Shown piece by piece: positions 1 through 8,360 of a stretch of 12,197 bases of DNA. Each line of letters begins with the position of its first letter. The first letter of the stretch is position 1. The notes beneath the pieces are model-generated. The model searched no databases, was not told the origin of the DNA, and saw nothing but the letters and a program-made list of their open reading frames with translations. The translations under genes and the position numbers were made by a program. Source of the DNA: an uncultured bacterium (lineage in GTDB: Bacteria > CAIJMQ01). Location: positions 1-12,197 of the forward strand of contig CAZNJA010000040.1 of the NCBI GenBank assembly GCA_964573245.1. The letters run 5' to 3'.

Positions 1-4
1 AATT

Positions 5-208
5 AATACCAAGAAACAAGACGCAAGATAGCAAAAAGAAACAAGACGCAAGATAGCAGAAAGATACAAGGAACAAGATACAAGATACAAATAATGCCAA
101 AACCTAAATATAAAACTGTTTCTAAGTTTGGAATTTGGCTATTGGAATTTGTTTGTTTCTTGTTTCTTGCCCGCCTGCCAATCTTTGCGGGCAGGTATCT
201 TGGTTATT
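5..208. repeat. Degenerate 7-mer (CAAGAWA) repeat block arranged as an imperfect inverted repeat
   Basis: The left arm has CAAGAAA/CAAGATA units and an exact 23-bp direct repeat, AAGAAACAAGACGCAAGATAGCA, at 11-33 and 36-58. The right arm has the reverse-complement units TTTCTTG TTTCTTG ... TATCTTG (156-202) and ends TCTTGGTTATT, complementary to the window start AATACCAAGA. Confidence 0.85.
169..195 (+). repeat. Small GC-rich palindromic element, copy 1 (GCCCGCCTGCCAATCTTTGCGGGCAGG)
   Basis: Stem CCTGCC (174-179)/GGCAGG (190-195), with an alternative stem TGCCCGC (168-174)/GCGGGCA (187-193). It interrupts the 7-mer array exactly between the units TTTCTTG and TATCTTG. Confidence 0.7.
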
Positions 209-244
209 AGACTCCGCTGCGACTATTAAGTTAACCCAATAGGG

Positions 245-273
245 TTTACAAATCTCCCTTCTTCCTATAAACT
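245..273 (+). promoter_or_regulatory. Putative sigma70-type promoter for the MFS gene
   Basis: TTTACA (245-250), a 17-bp spacer, then TAAACT (268-273), ending 9 nt before ATG 283. Confidence 0.55.
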
Positions 274-282
274 TACCCCCCT

Positions 283-1461
283 ATGATTTTACTTACTATT
301 GTCAGCGCGGTTTTTGGTTTGAGCATAGGGCTGTATGATTTTCTCCTGCCTTTATTTTTAGACCATTCAGGCATATCGTATGGGAATATCGGTATTATAT
401 TTTCTTTTTCCGCGATATTCCTTTTCTTTGTAAGGACTTACTCGGGGCATATTTCTGATTTGGTTGGCAGAAAGCGTGTATTTTCCCTGTCACTTTTTCT
501 TTGTGCTTTGTCCAGTTTCTTAACTCCTTTTCTTCCAAATGTTCTTTTTCAGGCTCTCTTAAGGTCTTTCAGGGAAATAGCCAAGTCCATGCAGGAGACT
601 CTCCAACAGTTGTTGGTTTTTGACCAGTGGAAAGATTCTTTTCGTCATTTGTTTTCGTGGGTATGGGGTTTTGGCGCCACTTTTCAGGGAATAGGTACTC
701 TTTTAGGTGGAGTCTTGTTATTAAAATTGGGGTATAAATGGTCTTTTGTTATTCCCTCGGTAGTATTGTTTTTGGTATTGATATTGTTCGTGTTCAAGTT
801 CAAAGAAAAACACGCACAGGTTGGTAGTGAGGAAGTTCTACGGGAAGGTAAACCCGTTCCTTTGACTTCTTTTTACTGGTCATCTCCTTTCAGGCATCGG
901 TTGCCTAAGCCCTTGGTTCTTATGGCTGTTTCAGGTTTTATTTTGGGGGTGGGGGTTAGTATGAGCCATGCTTTTATAGCACCTTTGTTCTTTCTTCATA
1001 AGTTTTCAATATCCATTGCGTGGGTTGCGGTTATTGTGGCTTTTCACAGGTTGAGTTTGGGGCTTCCTATGATTATGGTAGGTAAAGTCGTGAAGTGGAA
1101 TTTAAAAATGACTACAATTATTTTTATTCTGGTTCAGGGTATTCTAACGTCTCTTACGGTTATTCCTTCGTATTTTATTGGCGCTGCTGTTTTGTGGCTT
1201 CTGCATGATTTTGTGGGTGCGAGCTTGTGGATACCAGCCCGCAGTACTCTTATTCAGCATTATTCAAGGGACGGGAAAAGAGGGCTTGACGTGGGAATGG
1301 TTCTTTCGTGGCAGGGGCTTGGCTGGATATTCGGGCCTTTGATTGCCGGTGTAATTAGCAGGCATTCCATAGATTATCCTTTTCTCTGGAGCGGTATTGT
1401 GACGGGGCTTTCGGTTATTCCTATGTTTTGGTTGAAAAATCCCACTGAAAAAGAGGTTTAA
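283..1461 (+). CDS. Major facilitator superfamily (MFS) transporter, substrate unknown
   Basis: 392 aa with about 12 hydrophobic segments in two halves separated by a hydrophilic linker (KFKEKHAQ...RHRLPK). MFS motif A appears as GHISDLVGRKR, and the C-terminus has GWIFGPLIAG. Confidence 0.92.
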   Translation: MILLTIVSAVFGLSIGLYDFLLPLFLDHSGISYGNIGIIFSFSAIFLFFVRTYSGHISDLVGRKRVFSLSLFLCALSSFLTPFLPNVLFQALLRSFREIAKSMQETLQQLLVFDQWKDSFRHLFSWVWGFGATFQGIGTLLGGVLLLKLGYKWSFVIPSVVLFLVLILFVFKFKEKHAQVGSEEVLREGKPVPLTSFYWSSPFRHRLPKPLVLMAVSGFILGVGVSMSHAFIAPLFFLHKFSISIAWVAVIVAFHRLSLGLPMIMVGKVVKWNLKMTTIIFILVQGILTSLTVIPSYFIGAAVLWLLHDFVGASLWIPARSTLIQHYSRDGKRGLDVGMVLSWQGLGWIFGPLIAGVISRHSIDYPFLWSGIVTGLSVIPMFWLKNPTEKEV

Positions 1462-1494
1462 TTCCTTTTGAGACAATAAATAGGGTCAGGTCTT

Positions 1495-1518
1495 GCCCCG
1501 AACGCTTTCGGGGCGGGC
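1495..1518 (-). repeat. Small GC-rich palindromic element, copy 2 (minus strand GCCCGCCCCGAAAGCGTTCGGGGC)
   Basis: Perfect 8-bp stem GCCCCGAA (1495-1502)/TTCGGGGC (1507-1514) with a 4-nt loop, plus a GGGC tail (1515-1518). It lies in AT-rich intergenic DNA and has no U-tract on either side. Confidence 0.7.
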
Positions 1519-1662
1519 AATACAGTACTTGTCAGGTTATTTAGGTTGTATAATACATGTTATTATGAAAAATAAAGAGAAAGAAACTTTTCTCTAAGAA
1601 CTATAAATTACGAACTTCGTCTATTAATTGGTAGGTTGGGAAAAGATTGGAGGTGAGATTAC

Positions 1663-2019
1663 ATGAATAGGGAAAGAGTAGCCACGATAATTGACCGTGT
1701 TTCAATAGGCTTGAGTCTTCCTGGACTTCTCGGCCTTGCCGGGCTTGCAGGCTTTATCAATCCTGAGCATTTCAGTTGGAGTTATTTTAGCTATCTGAGT
1801 TTCTTCGCCTACTTTCGCTTTTTCAAGGCGTTCTTTGGTTCAAAGTTAGCAATCCCCACAGAACGTGTTCCAATTCTGGTTATCTCGATTATTGTTCCTT
1901 CTTTGGTCGGTGGCCTGACTCATGGCATTCCGGCTCTTGGCTTTCTTGGTTTTCTCGGGTTCTTTGCCCTGGTGGTCGAAGATAAAAATCAATGTGAAAA
2001 AAAAGAGGCCAAATCTTGA
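1663..2019 (+). CDS. Small integral membrane protein with GxxG/GFLGFLGF repeats (resembles the DUF3796 family)
   Basis: 118 aa with about 4 hydrophobic segments and the motifs GLLGLAGLAG and GFLGFLGFF. A strong RBS, GGAGGTG, lies at 1649-1655. The family assignment is from motif recall only. Confidence 0.75.
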   Translation: MNRERVATIIDRVSIGLSLPGLLGLAGLAGFINPEHFSWSYFSYLSFFAYFRFFKAFFGSKLAIPTERVPILVISIIVPSLVGGLTHGIPALGFLGFLGFFALVVEDKNQCEKKEAKS

Positions 2020-2070
2020 CCTTTATCTTATACTGTCAGAATTACATTATTTGTAAGAAGAAAAATAAAA

Positions 2071-2541
2071 ATGAAACTTAAGATAATATTGAGCATATTG
2101 ATATTGTCATTGCCATTAATATCATTTGCCGAAAAAGAAAATAATCCTATAGAATTCACAGAAGTATATAGTCAATTGGGGTTCGTTGACGAAATTAATT
2201 TGCAGGAAAGAGTACAAAATCTTAAGGAAAATTTAGTAAACAAGAGCATAAAGTGGGAATTAACTTTACAATCCGTATATAAATCCGGTCGTCCAAACTT
2301 TGTGGAAGCATTTAAAATAGTCGATGATACAACAAAATATTCCGTTGCTAAATTCCATATAAACGAAGAATATCAATCCCAGTGGAAAGAATTAAAATGG
2401 GGAGAAGAAATAGAATTTACGGGAAAAATAACGAATATAGTTTACCTGAATATGCAGGACAGCAAAGGTGATTTAATACCGTTTATCTATATGGAAGTTT
2501 CCGACTGCATTCCGTTAGTAGTTTCCAGTTCGTCATTATAG
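2071..2541 (+). CDS. Hypothetical secreted protein, possibly an OB-fold-like beta domain
   Basis: 156 aa, AT-rich, with a clear signal peptide ([21 protein letters not shown]). The pattern [13 protein letters not shown] resembles OB-fold strands. The 3' end overlaps the GH95 gene. Confidence 0.7.
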   Translation: MKLKIILSILILSLPLISFAEKENNPIEFTEVYSQLGFVDEINLQERVQNLKENLVNKSIKWELTLQSVYKSGRPNFVEAFKIVDDTTKYSVAKFHINEEYQSQWKELKWGEEIEFTGKITNIVYLNMQDSKGDLIPFIYMEVSDCIPLVVSSSSL

Positions 2542-4850
2542 CGGTATGTTTTGCCTTTTTGGGGTGTTGTTTCAATCACTTTATCGCCATATCGGACTTT
2601 CAAGGGACTGCCTAAAAGCGATTTAATTTCCGCTGTTTGCAATTTTCCGTCTTTCCATTCTATATCAACCTCAAACCCGCCGCGAGCACTTAGACCTTTC
2701 ACCGAACCGCTCGGAAGTGCCGAAGGTAAAGCAGGTAAAAGATATATTTCACCGCATAGCCGACCGTCTTTTATCTGCGAGTAGGACTGCATAAGCATTT
2801 CGCAGATTCCGTTTGTCCCGCCGAAATTTCCGTCTATCTGAAAAGGAGGATGAGCATCGAACATATTCGGATAAGTGCCTGTTGAAATTAAGCTTGAAAG
2901 CATTTTATAAGCGTGGTCGCCGTCCTGCAGGTGCGCCCAGAAATTTATCTTCCATGCTTTAGACCAACCTGTTCCGCCGTCACCGCGCAGCTGAAGAGTT
3001 TTTCGCGCCGCATTAAAAAGTTCCGGGGTATCGTATTTATTTATCTGACTGGAAGGAAAAAGGCCGTACAAATGCGAAACATGACGATGCTCTTTCTCCG
3101 GCACACTAAGGTCAATATCTTCCAGCCATTCCTGTAATTGTCCCGCCTGCCCTATTTGCATAGGCGCAAGTTTTCCAACCTTATCTTTGAGTAATTTCCT
3201 AAACTCAGAATCAATATCAAGAATCTCTGAAGATTTAATACAATTATTGAATAAATCACGGATAATCTGCATATCCATAGTCGGGCCGGCGCAAGTGCTT
3301 ACCCAATCAAACATCGCATTTTCAGGAGACATTGAGGGGCAGGTAACAAGCCAGCCGTATTTGGGGTGTTCAACGAGCGTATCAACAAAAAATTGAGCCG
3401 AGCCCTTCATGATAGGATATGCTTCCTTTAGAAATTCCCTGTCACCCGTATATTCATAACGATACCACAAATGCTGGCAAAGCCATGCTCCTCCGCTCGG
3501 CCAGAACCCCCAAAAAGCTTTATCGATAGGGCCGGTCGCCCGCCACAGGTCGGTATTGTGATGGCACACCCATCCTCCCGCACCGTAATTTACAGAAGCG
3601 GTTTTTTGCCCTGTCTTGGATATATCCCCAATCAGCGCAAACAGAGGTTCATGACATTCCGACAGATTTGTTGACTCAGCAGGCCAGTAATTCATTTCCG
3701 TATTTATATTAATCGTGTACTTGCTATACCAGGGTGGGTCTATACTTTCGTTCCACAGGCCCTGAAGATTTGCCGGTTGAGTGCCCAGTCTTGAGCAAGA
3801 GATAAGAAGATAACGGCCAAACTGAAAATATAATGCGACAAGTTGCGGGTCTTTATTTGATGCAAAGTTTTTTATTCTCCGGTCAGTCGGCAATTGGGCA
3901 GCATCCGTAGTTCCTAAATCAAGTTGAACACGGTTGAATAACTTCTGATAATCCTTGATATGGTCCGATAAAATTTTCTCGTAAGGTTTGTGGGAAACAG
4001 TTTCAATCTGCTCTTCTACTATTGTTTCGGGATTTCCGCTTACATTTTCATAATTCACATAATTGGTTGCAGAAGCCAGAAATAAAACAGCAGAATCCGC
4101 ATCTTTTACAGAAAACTTATTATTTTCAAGTTTAACCTGACCATTTTCGGCAAGAACTTTTAACCGTGAATGACATCTTAAGACCCCCTGCGGCTTATGA
4201 TGCCCCGCCCCGTAAACCTGAAGAGAAAGGCAGCCGTCTTTAATTTCTATATCCTTTTTATCCTGGACAGCATCAAACATCGCCTCGAAATTTATCGCGC
4301 CGGGTTTATCGGCTGTAAGCCGAATAACTGTAACCTGGTCAACCGCGGTACTGAATATCTCGCGTTTATAAGTCACTTCACCTATTTTATATTCAACAGT
4401 AACAACAGCAGTATCTAGGTCCAACTCGCGTTTGTATTCCGTGGCTTTATCATGCCCCGGGAAAAATAATTTCAAATCACCTGCCGGTTGATATTTTGCC
4501 TGATAGGAAGGAACAGCCATCATCTTCTCGTCTATCAGTTTCTGAGCTTCTGCATTTTTGCCTTCAAAGACAAGCTTTCTTGCCTGCGGAAGCGCTTCAA
4601 GAGCATCAGGATTTACCGGATTATACGGCGAGCCACCCCAAAAAGTATCTTCGTTGAACTGTATTCTTTCATCTTTGGCCCCGCCAAAAACCATCGCTCC
4701 GAGCCGCCCATTGCCTATCGGCATAGCTTCCACCCATTCCACGGCTGGTTTATCATAAAAGAGTGTCATGGGTTTTTCTTTAACGTTATCGGCTTTCAAA
4801 AACGGACACAGGAACACGATTGCAATACATATAAGAAACAATTTTTTCAT
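2487..4850 (-). CDS. Glycoside hydrolase family 95 (alpha-L-fucosidase / alpha-L-galactosidase), secreted
   Basis: 787 aa with a signal peptide and the GH95 motifs [64 protein letters not shown] and [11 protein letters not shown]. The expected catalytic Asn, Asn, Glu and Asp positions are present. Confidence 0.96.
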   Translation of the reverse strand: MKKLFLICIAIVFLCPFLKADNVKEKPMTLFYDKPAVEWVEAMPIGNGRLGAMVFGGAKDERIQFNEDTFWGGSPYNPVNPDALEALPQARKLVFEGKNAEAQKLIDEKMMAVPSYQAKYQPAGDLKLFFPGHDKATEYKRELDLDTAVVTVEYKIGEVTYKREIFSTAVDQVTVIRLTADKPGAINFEAMFDAVQDKKDIEIKDGCLSLQVYGAGHHKPQGVLRCHSRLKVLAENGQVKLENNKFSVKDADSAVLFLASATNYVNYENVSGNPETIVEEQIETVSHKPYEKILSDHIKDYQKLFNRVQLDLGTTDAAQLPTDRRIKNFASNKDPQLVALYFQFGRYLLISCSRLGTQPANLQGLWNESIDPPWYSKYTININTEMNYWPAESTNLSECHEPLFALIGDISKTGQKTASVNYGAGGWVCHHNTDLWRATGPIDKAFWGFWPSGGAWLCQHLWYRYEYTGDREFLKEAYPIMKGSAQFFVDTLVEHPKYGWLVTCPSMSPENAMFDWVSTCAGPTMDMQIIRDLFNNCIKSSEILDIDSEFRKLLKDKVGKLAPMQIGQAGQLQEWLEDIDLSVPEKEHRHVSHLYGLFPSSQINKYDTPELFNAARKTLQLRGDGGTGWSKAWKINFWAHLQDGDHAYKMLSSLISTGTYPNMFDAHPPFQIDGNFGGTNGICEMLMQSYSQIKDGRLCGEIYLLPALPSALPSGSVKGLSARGGFEVDIEWKDGKLQTAEIKSLLGSPLKVRYGDKVIETTPQKGKTYRYNDELETTNGMQSETSI

Positions 4851-4886
4851 TAAAATTCTTTCGATATTCTATTACCTGTGTTTTTT

Positions 4887-7800
4887 TCAGTCTTTTATCT
4901 TAATGTATTTCCCGGCAAACTCAAAAAATGCAGGCCAATCGGGGGCGTCCGTATGCCCGCCGTCGTGGTATCTATAGGCGATATCGCCCGAAATATATCC
5001 GACATCAACTTTCGGTTTTTCATCCGGCATTACAAGCCCCTTTTTCCCAAGCAGTTCGTAAACAGGGGTTGCGCCGACACAGGTAAGATACATACCGTAG
5101 GGGTCGGGCCAGGAATCAAATGTTCCGCCGTTAATAAATACCGGACGAGGCGCGCACAGCGAAAGTAGAGAGTGGGCGTCAACAGGACACAATTCTATCT
5201 TTCTTGGTAGATATTTCCCCTCTTCCAACGGCCCCATCCACTTGAAAAAATTTCCCGCAACCCAGTGATATTCCTTGTCCCATGATGAATGCTCCAAATC
5301 CTGCGCCCAGTGCCTTCTGTTCATTTTTGCGCCCAAACTTCCCGAACAGCTCGGGAATGCAATAGCAAGGCGCGGTTCATAAGCCATAGCAACAAGAGCC
5401 GCCTTACCGTAACGCGAATTCCCCGTAACTGCGATTTTTGTAGCATCAACATCAGGGTCGGTTTGGAAATAATCAATTAGTTTGCTCACACCCCAGCCCC
5501 ATGCCGCCAAAGAGCCCCAGTCGGTCGGTTTTCGCCAGTTGCCTTTGTTGCATAAGCCTATAATGAAACTAGTAAGAAAAGCGCCGTTATCCGGCTGTAG
5601 CTTGTCGGAATCAAAAATGCACACTCCCCATCCGCGAGAGGCAAAAACTTCCCAATACACATCCATAGGATTCCACTTTTCGCCCCAACTGTATGTACTA
5701 ATAACAACCATTACCGGAACGGGCTCTTTTGCATCTGCAGGAATTCTTAAAACCGCTGAGATTTTCGGAATATCCCTGACTTCAGGATAGCGTGATGTAT
5801 CAACAATTCCGGTTATCATTTTTTCTTTATAAGCAAAACCCTTGTCTTCACCTGTTGAAGCAGTAACCGACCATGTAACTTTCGGGAGAATATCTCCGGG
5901 CGGGACAACACCCCAAAGTTCTTCCTGAAGATCTTTTAAAATTTCCACGCGGCGTTTGTTCCACCATTCGTCGGGTGTTTTTATAATCATTCCGTTTTTC
6001 ATCTTTAACAGGTCAATAGGTGTATACAACCCTACTCTCCATGATTCCTTGCCCGGTAAAAATCCGGCGGGGGTATCATCATAATTGCTCCACAGCCCAA
6101 AGTTAGACCTTGCAACAAAATGCTTCTCTTCATCTGTCCAATTGCCCTCGGGTTTTTCTTTGTCCTGCGGATATGCGCCTTTCGGAGCATTAGGGTCTTC
6201 CTGCTTCGGAGAAAGTTTTGGGAATGAAATTCCAAGCTGGGTGAGCATCTGGTTTCTGTCCTGATAATCGGTCACATTTTGGGGCGGAAAATCGGAAGAT
6301 TGGGCATCCGTTTTAATATCGGTTCTAAAGGGCGAAGCCGGCAACCCTTCCCTGTTATATAAATTCGCTCCTTCGGGATTGTCAGCCCATGCGTAGCGGA
6401 CTGCTACAGGTTTAGATATTGCGTCATTCCAAACCGCAACTTTATCCCCCTCTATTTTTGCATTTGCCCAGACAAACTTTTTATCGGCGCCTGCAATTGC
6501 AAATTGCTTAAGCTCGCCGCCTTTGGCAATCAAACCGCCGCCTGTATTTGTAAACGAGATAATTATTTTATTGCCTTCCCGCTGCGACTCGGTCGCATCG
6601 AGGCGAGCTATTTTCATTGATCGGTAAATAGGTCCCGAATAAACTACTCTCTTATCTCCGTAAGCAACTTTCATAGCCGCAAGCGCAAGCCGCTCTCCTA
6701 CGTCTTGTTTATTCGAAGGATGCAGGTCATTTGCTTCGCCGATATCAATTGCAACAGCCATTCCCGTGTTCGGCACGGAAAGTGTTTTAAGCTGGGCTTC
6801 CCGAAGCTCTGCCCAACCGCTTTCGAAAGGTTGTTCCTGCGCCTGCATAAAATTATGCAGTTGAACATACAAAAACGGAAAATCTCCCTGTTCCCATTTG
6901 CTTCTCCAATCAACTATAAGCGCGGGAAATAGTTTCTGATATTCAAGGGTCCTGCCTGTGTTGGATTCGCCCTGATACCAGATTACTCCTTTGATTGTGT
7001 AATCCAGCAACGGCGCAATCATTCCGTTATATAAACCCAATGGTTTGTACTGAAAAAAGGTAGTCCCGGGAACAGGAACTGCTACAACAGAGCCTACCTT
7101 GTACTGCCACTTGCCTTTAAGGTCTATCCTCCGCCCTCCCGCAGTTAATTCATACGGCTTGCCTTTTACAAACCCGCCGTCGCCTGCATTACTGATGACT
7201 CTTACTACAATGATATTCTTACCTTCTTTTAACACATCCGAAGGCACATCGTATTTTCTCGGAGGATAACGATATGAAGTTGTTCCCACTAACTTGCCGT
7301 TAATATAAACATGGTCGCTGTCTATAATAGCTCCCAGCTCAATTCTTGCAGGCTTGCCTGTCATTGAAGCAGGAACATCGATTTCTTTTCTGAACCACAC
7401 AACACCGTTTATGCGCCCCAATTCTTCATCTGCAAAGTATGTCGGCAGTTCCATGGAAGGCCAATCTGAAGCCTCATAATTTACATCAAACCACTTTTCA
7501 CCCTTGGACCATCCTTCATCACGCCCATAGACATTCCTATACCAAGAATTAGTAGCAGATTGTTCATTATCTATCACACTTTTTATATAATTATCTTCTT
7601 TTAATTTCTGTACTGTCTGCATGTGTTCGGGAAATTCTTTTAGGGCACCCTCACTCAACCATGATTCGGCCGGAGACCCACCCACGCTCGCATGGATTAG
7701 GCCTATAGGAACTTTATATTTTTCGTATAATGCCTTTGCGAAAAAATAACCTGTGGCTGTAAAATTAAGGACACTTTCGGGGTTTACCGATTCCCATTTC

Positions 7801-8288
7801 CCCGATTGTAGGTCTTGCTGCGGTGTTTTGAAATTATATACCATGGGAACCAGAAACCGCCTGATATACGGATTTTCTGAAGTTGCAATCACATCAGAAT
7901 AACGGTCTTTTACCCTGGCCATCGTAATGTCCATGTTCGACTGTCCAGAACACACCCAAACATCACCAACAAGAATATCTTTCAAGGTTATGTTGTTTTT
8001 TTCTCCCTCTATTCTCATGGTGTAAGGGCCGCCGGCTTTCATTGAACTAAGCATTACTTCCCACTTACCGTTTTTATCAGCTTTGGAATTGTATGATTTG
8101 GCTATGAAATCCACTTTTATATTTTCACCCGGGCTTGCCCATCCCCAGATTCTCACATTGGTATCTCTCTGCAGAACCATGCCATCGCTTACCAAACGCG
8201 GGAGTTTGACCTGAGCAAATGCTGTGTTGGTAACCGACAACGCACAAAAGCATAATGCAAAATAAAATATTCTTGAAGCTAATTCCAT
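4887..8288 (-). CDS. Secreted bifunctional esterase: sialate O-acetylesterase-type (SASA/SGNH) module with an inserted sugar-binding domain, fused to a C-terminal CE15 glucuronoyl esterase
   Basis: 1133 aa with a signal peptide and RBS AAGGAGA (8295-8301). The N-terminal module has SDGMVLQR, GDVWVCSGQSNM, GVVWFRKEI (inserted beta-sandwich), WYQGESN, DLHP and VRYAW...PASPFRTD. The C-terminal module has WGSLAAWGWGVSKLIDY, TGNSRYGKAAL, PVDAHSLLSLCAPRP and HDGGH. Confidence 0.92.
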   Translation of the reverse strand: MELASRIFYFALCFCALSVTNTAFAQVKLPRLVSDGMVLQRDTNVRIWGWASPGENIKVDFIAKSYNSKADKNGKWEVMLSSMKAGGPYTMRIEGEKNNITLKDILVGDVWVCSGQSNMDITMARVKDRYSDVIATSENPYIRRFLVPMVYNFKTPQQDLQSGKWESVNPESVLNFTATGYFFAKALYEKYKVPIGLIHASVGGSPAESWLSEGALKEFPEHMQTVQKLKEDNYIKSVIDNEQSATNSWYRNVYGRDEGWSKGEKWFDVNYEASDWPSMELPTYFADEELGRINGVVWFRKEIDVPASMTGKPARIELGAIIDSDHVYINGKLVGTTSYRYPPRKYDVPSDVLKEGKNIIVVRVISNAGDGGFVKGKPYELTAGGRRIDLKGKWQYKVGSVVAVPVPGTTFFQYKPLGLYNGMIAPLLDYTIKGVIWYQGESNTGRTLEYQKLFPALIVDWRSKWEQGDFPFLYVQLHNFMQAQEQPFESGWAELREAQLKTLSVPNTGMAVAIDIGEANDLHPSNKQDVGERLALAAMKVAYGDKRVVYSGPIYRSMKIARLDATESQREGNKIIISFTNTGGGLIAKGGELKQFAIAGADKKFVWANAKIEGDKVAVWNDAISKPVAVRYAWADNPEGANLYNREGLPASPFRTDIKTDAQSSDFPPQNVTDYQDRNQMLTQLGISFPKLSPKQEDPNAPKGAYPQDKEKPEGNWTDEEKHFVARSNFGLWSNYDDTPAGFLPGKESWRVGLYTPIDLLKMKNGMIIKTPDEWWNKRRVEILKDLQEELWGVVPPGDILPKVTWSVTASTGEDKGFAYKEKMITGIVDTSRYPEVRDIPKISAVLRIPADAKEPVPVMVVISTYSWGEKWNPMDVYWEVFASRGWGVCIFDSDKLQPDNGAFLTSFIIGLCNKGNWRKPTDWGSLAAWGWGVSKLIDYFQTDPDVDATKIAVTGNSRYGKAALVAMAYEPRLAIAFPSCSGSLGAKMNRRHWAQDLEHSSWDKEYHWVAGNFFKWMGPLEEGKYLPRKIELCPVDAHSLLSLCAPRPVFINGGTFDSWPDPYGMYLTCVGATPVYELLGKKGLVMPDEKPKVDVGYISGDIAYRYHDGGHTDAPDWPAFFEFAGKYIKIKD
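6579..6608 (-). repeat. Small GC-rich palindromic element, copy 3, in frame within the esterase CDS (minus strand GCTCGCCTCGATGCGACCGAGTCGCAGCGG)
   Basis: 30 bp encoding ARLDATESQR, with stem TGCGAC (6583-6588)/GTCGCA (6592-6597). Removing it gives SMKI-EGNKIIISF. Confidence 0.75.
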
Positions 8289-8360
8289 GAATAATCTCCT
8301 TTGCTTATATTTTGAAAGCTTATCATAACAATATTTATATGTTTTTAAAATACCAAAAAA

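Noticed and set aside
11-70. 23-bp direct repeats as a CRISPR array
   Set aside because: The copies are only 2 bp apart, there are no unique spacers and no cas genes are present. This is a tandem duplication.
214-224. 11-mer CCGCTGCGACT identical to 6579-6589 of palindromic copy 3
   Set aside because: It lacks the second hairpin arm and the GCYCGCC leader. An 11-mer match in 12 kb can arise by chance, so it was not counted as a fourth copy.
1495-1514. Intrinsic terminator for the MFS gene
   Set aside because: The stem is good but has no U-tract in either direction. The shared GCCCGCC leader fits the palindromic-element reading better, although a termination role is not excluded.
1529-1554. 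TTGTCA...TATAAT promoter for the small membrane protein gene
   Set aside because: The spacer is only 14 bp, so the pairing is not credible, although the -10 hexamer alone may be real.
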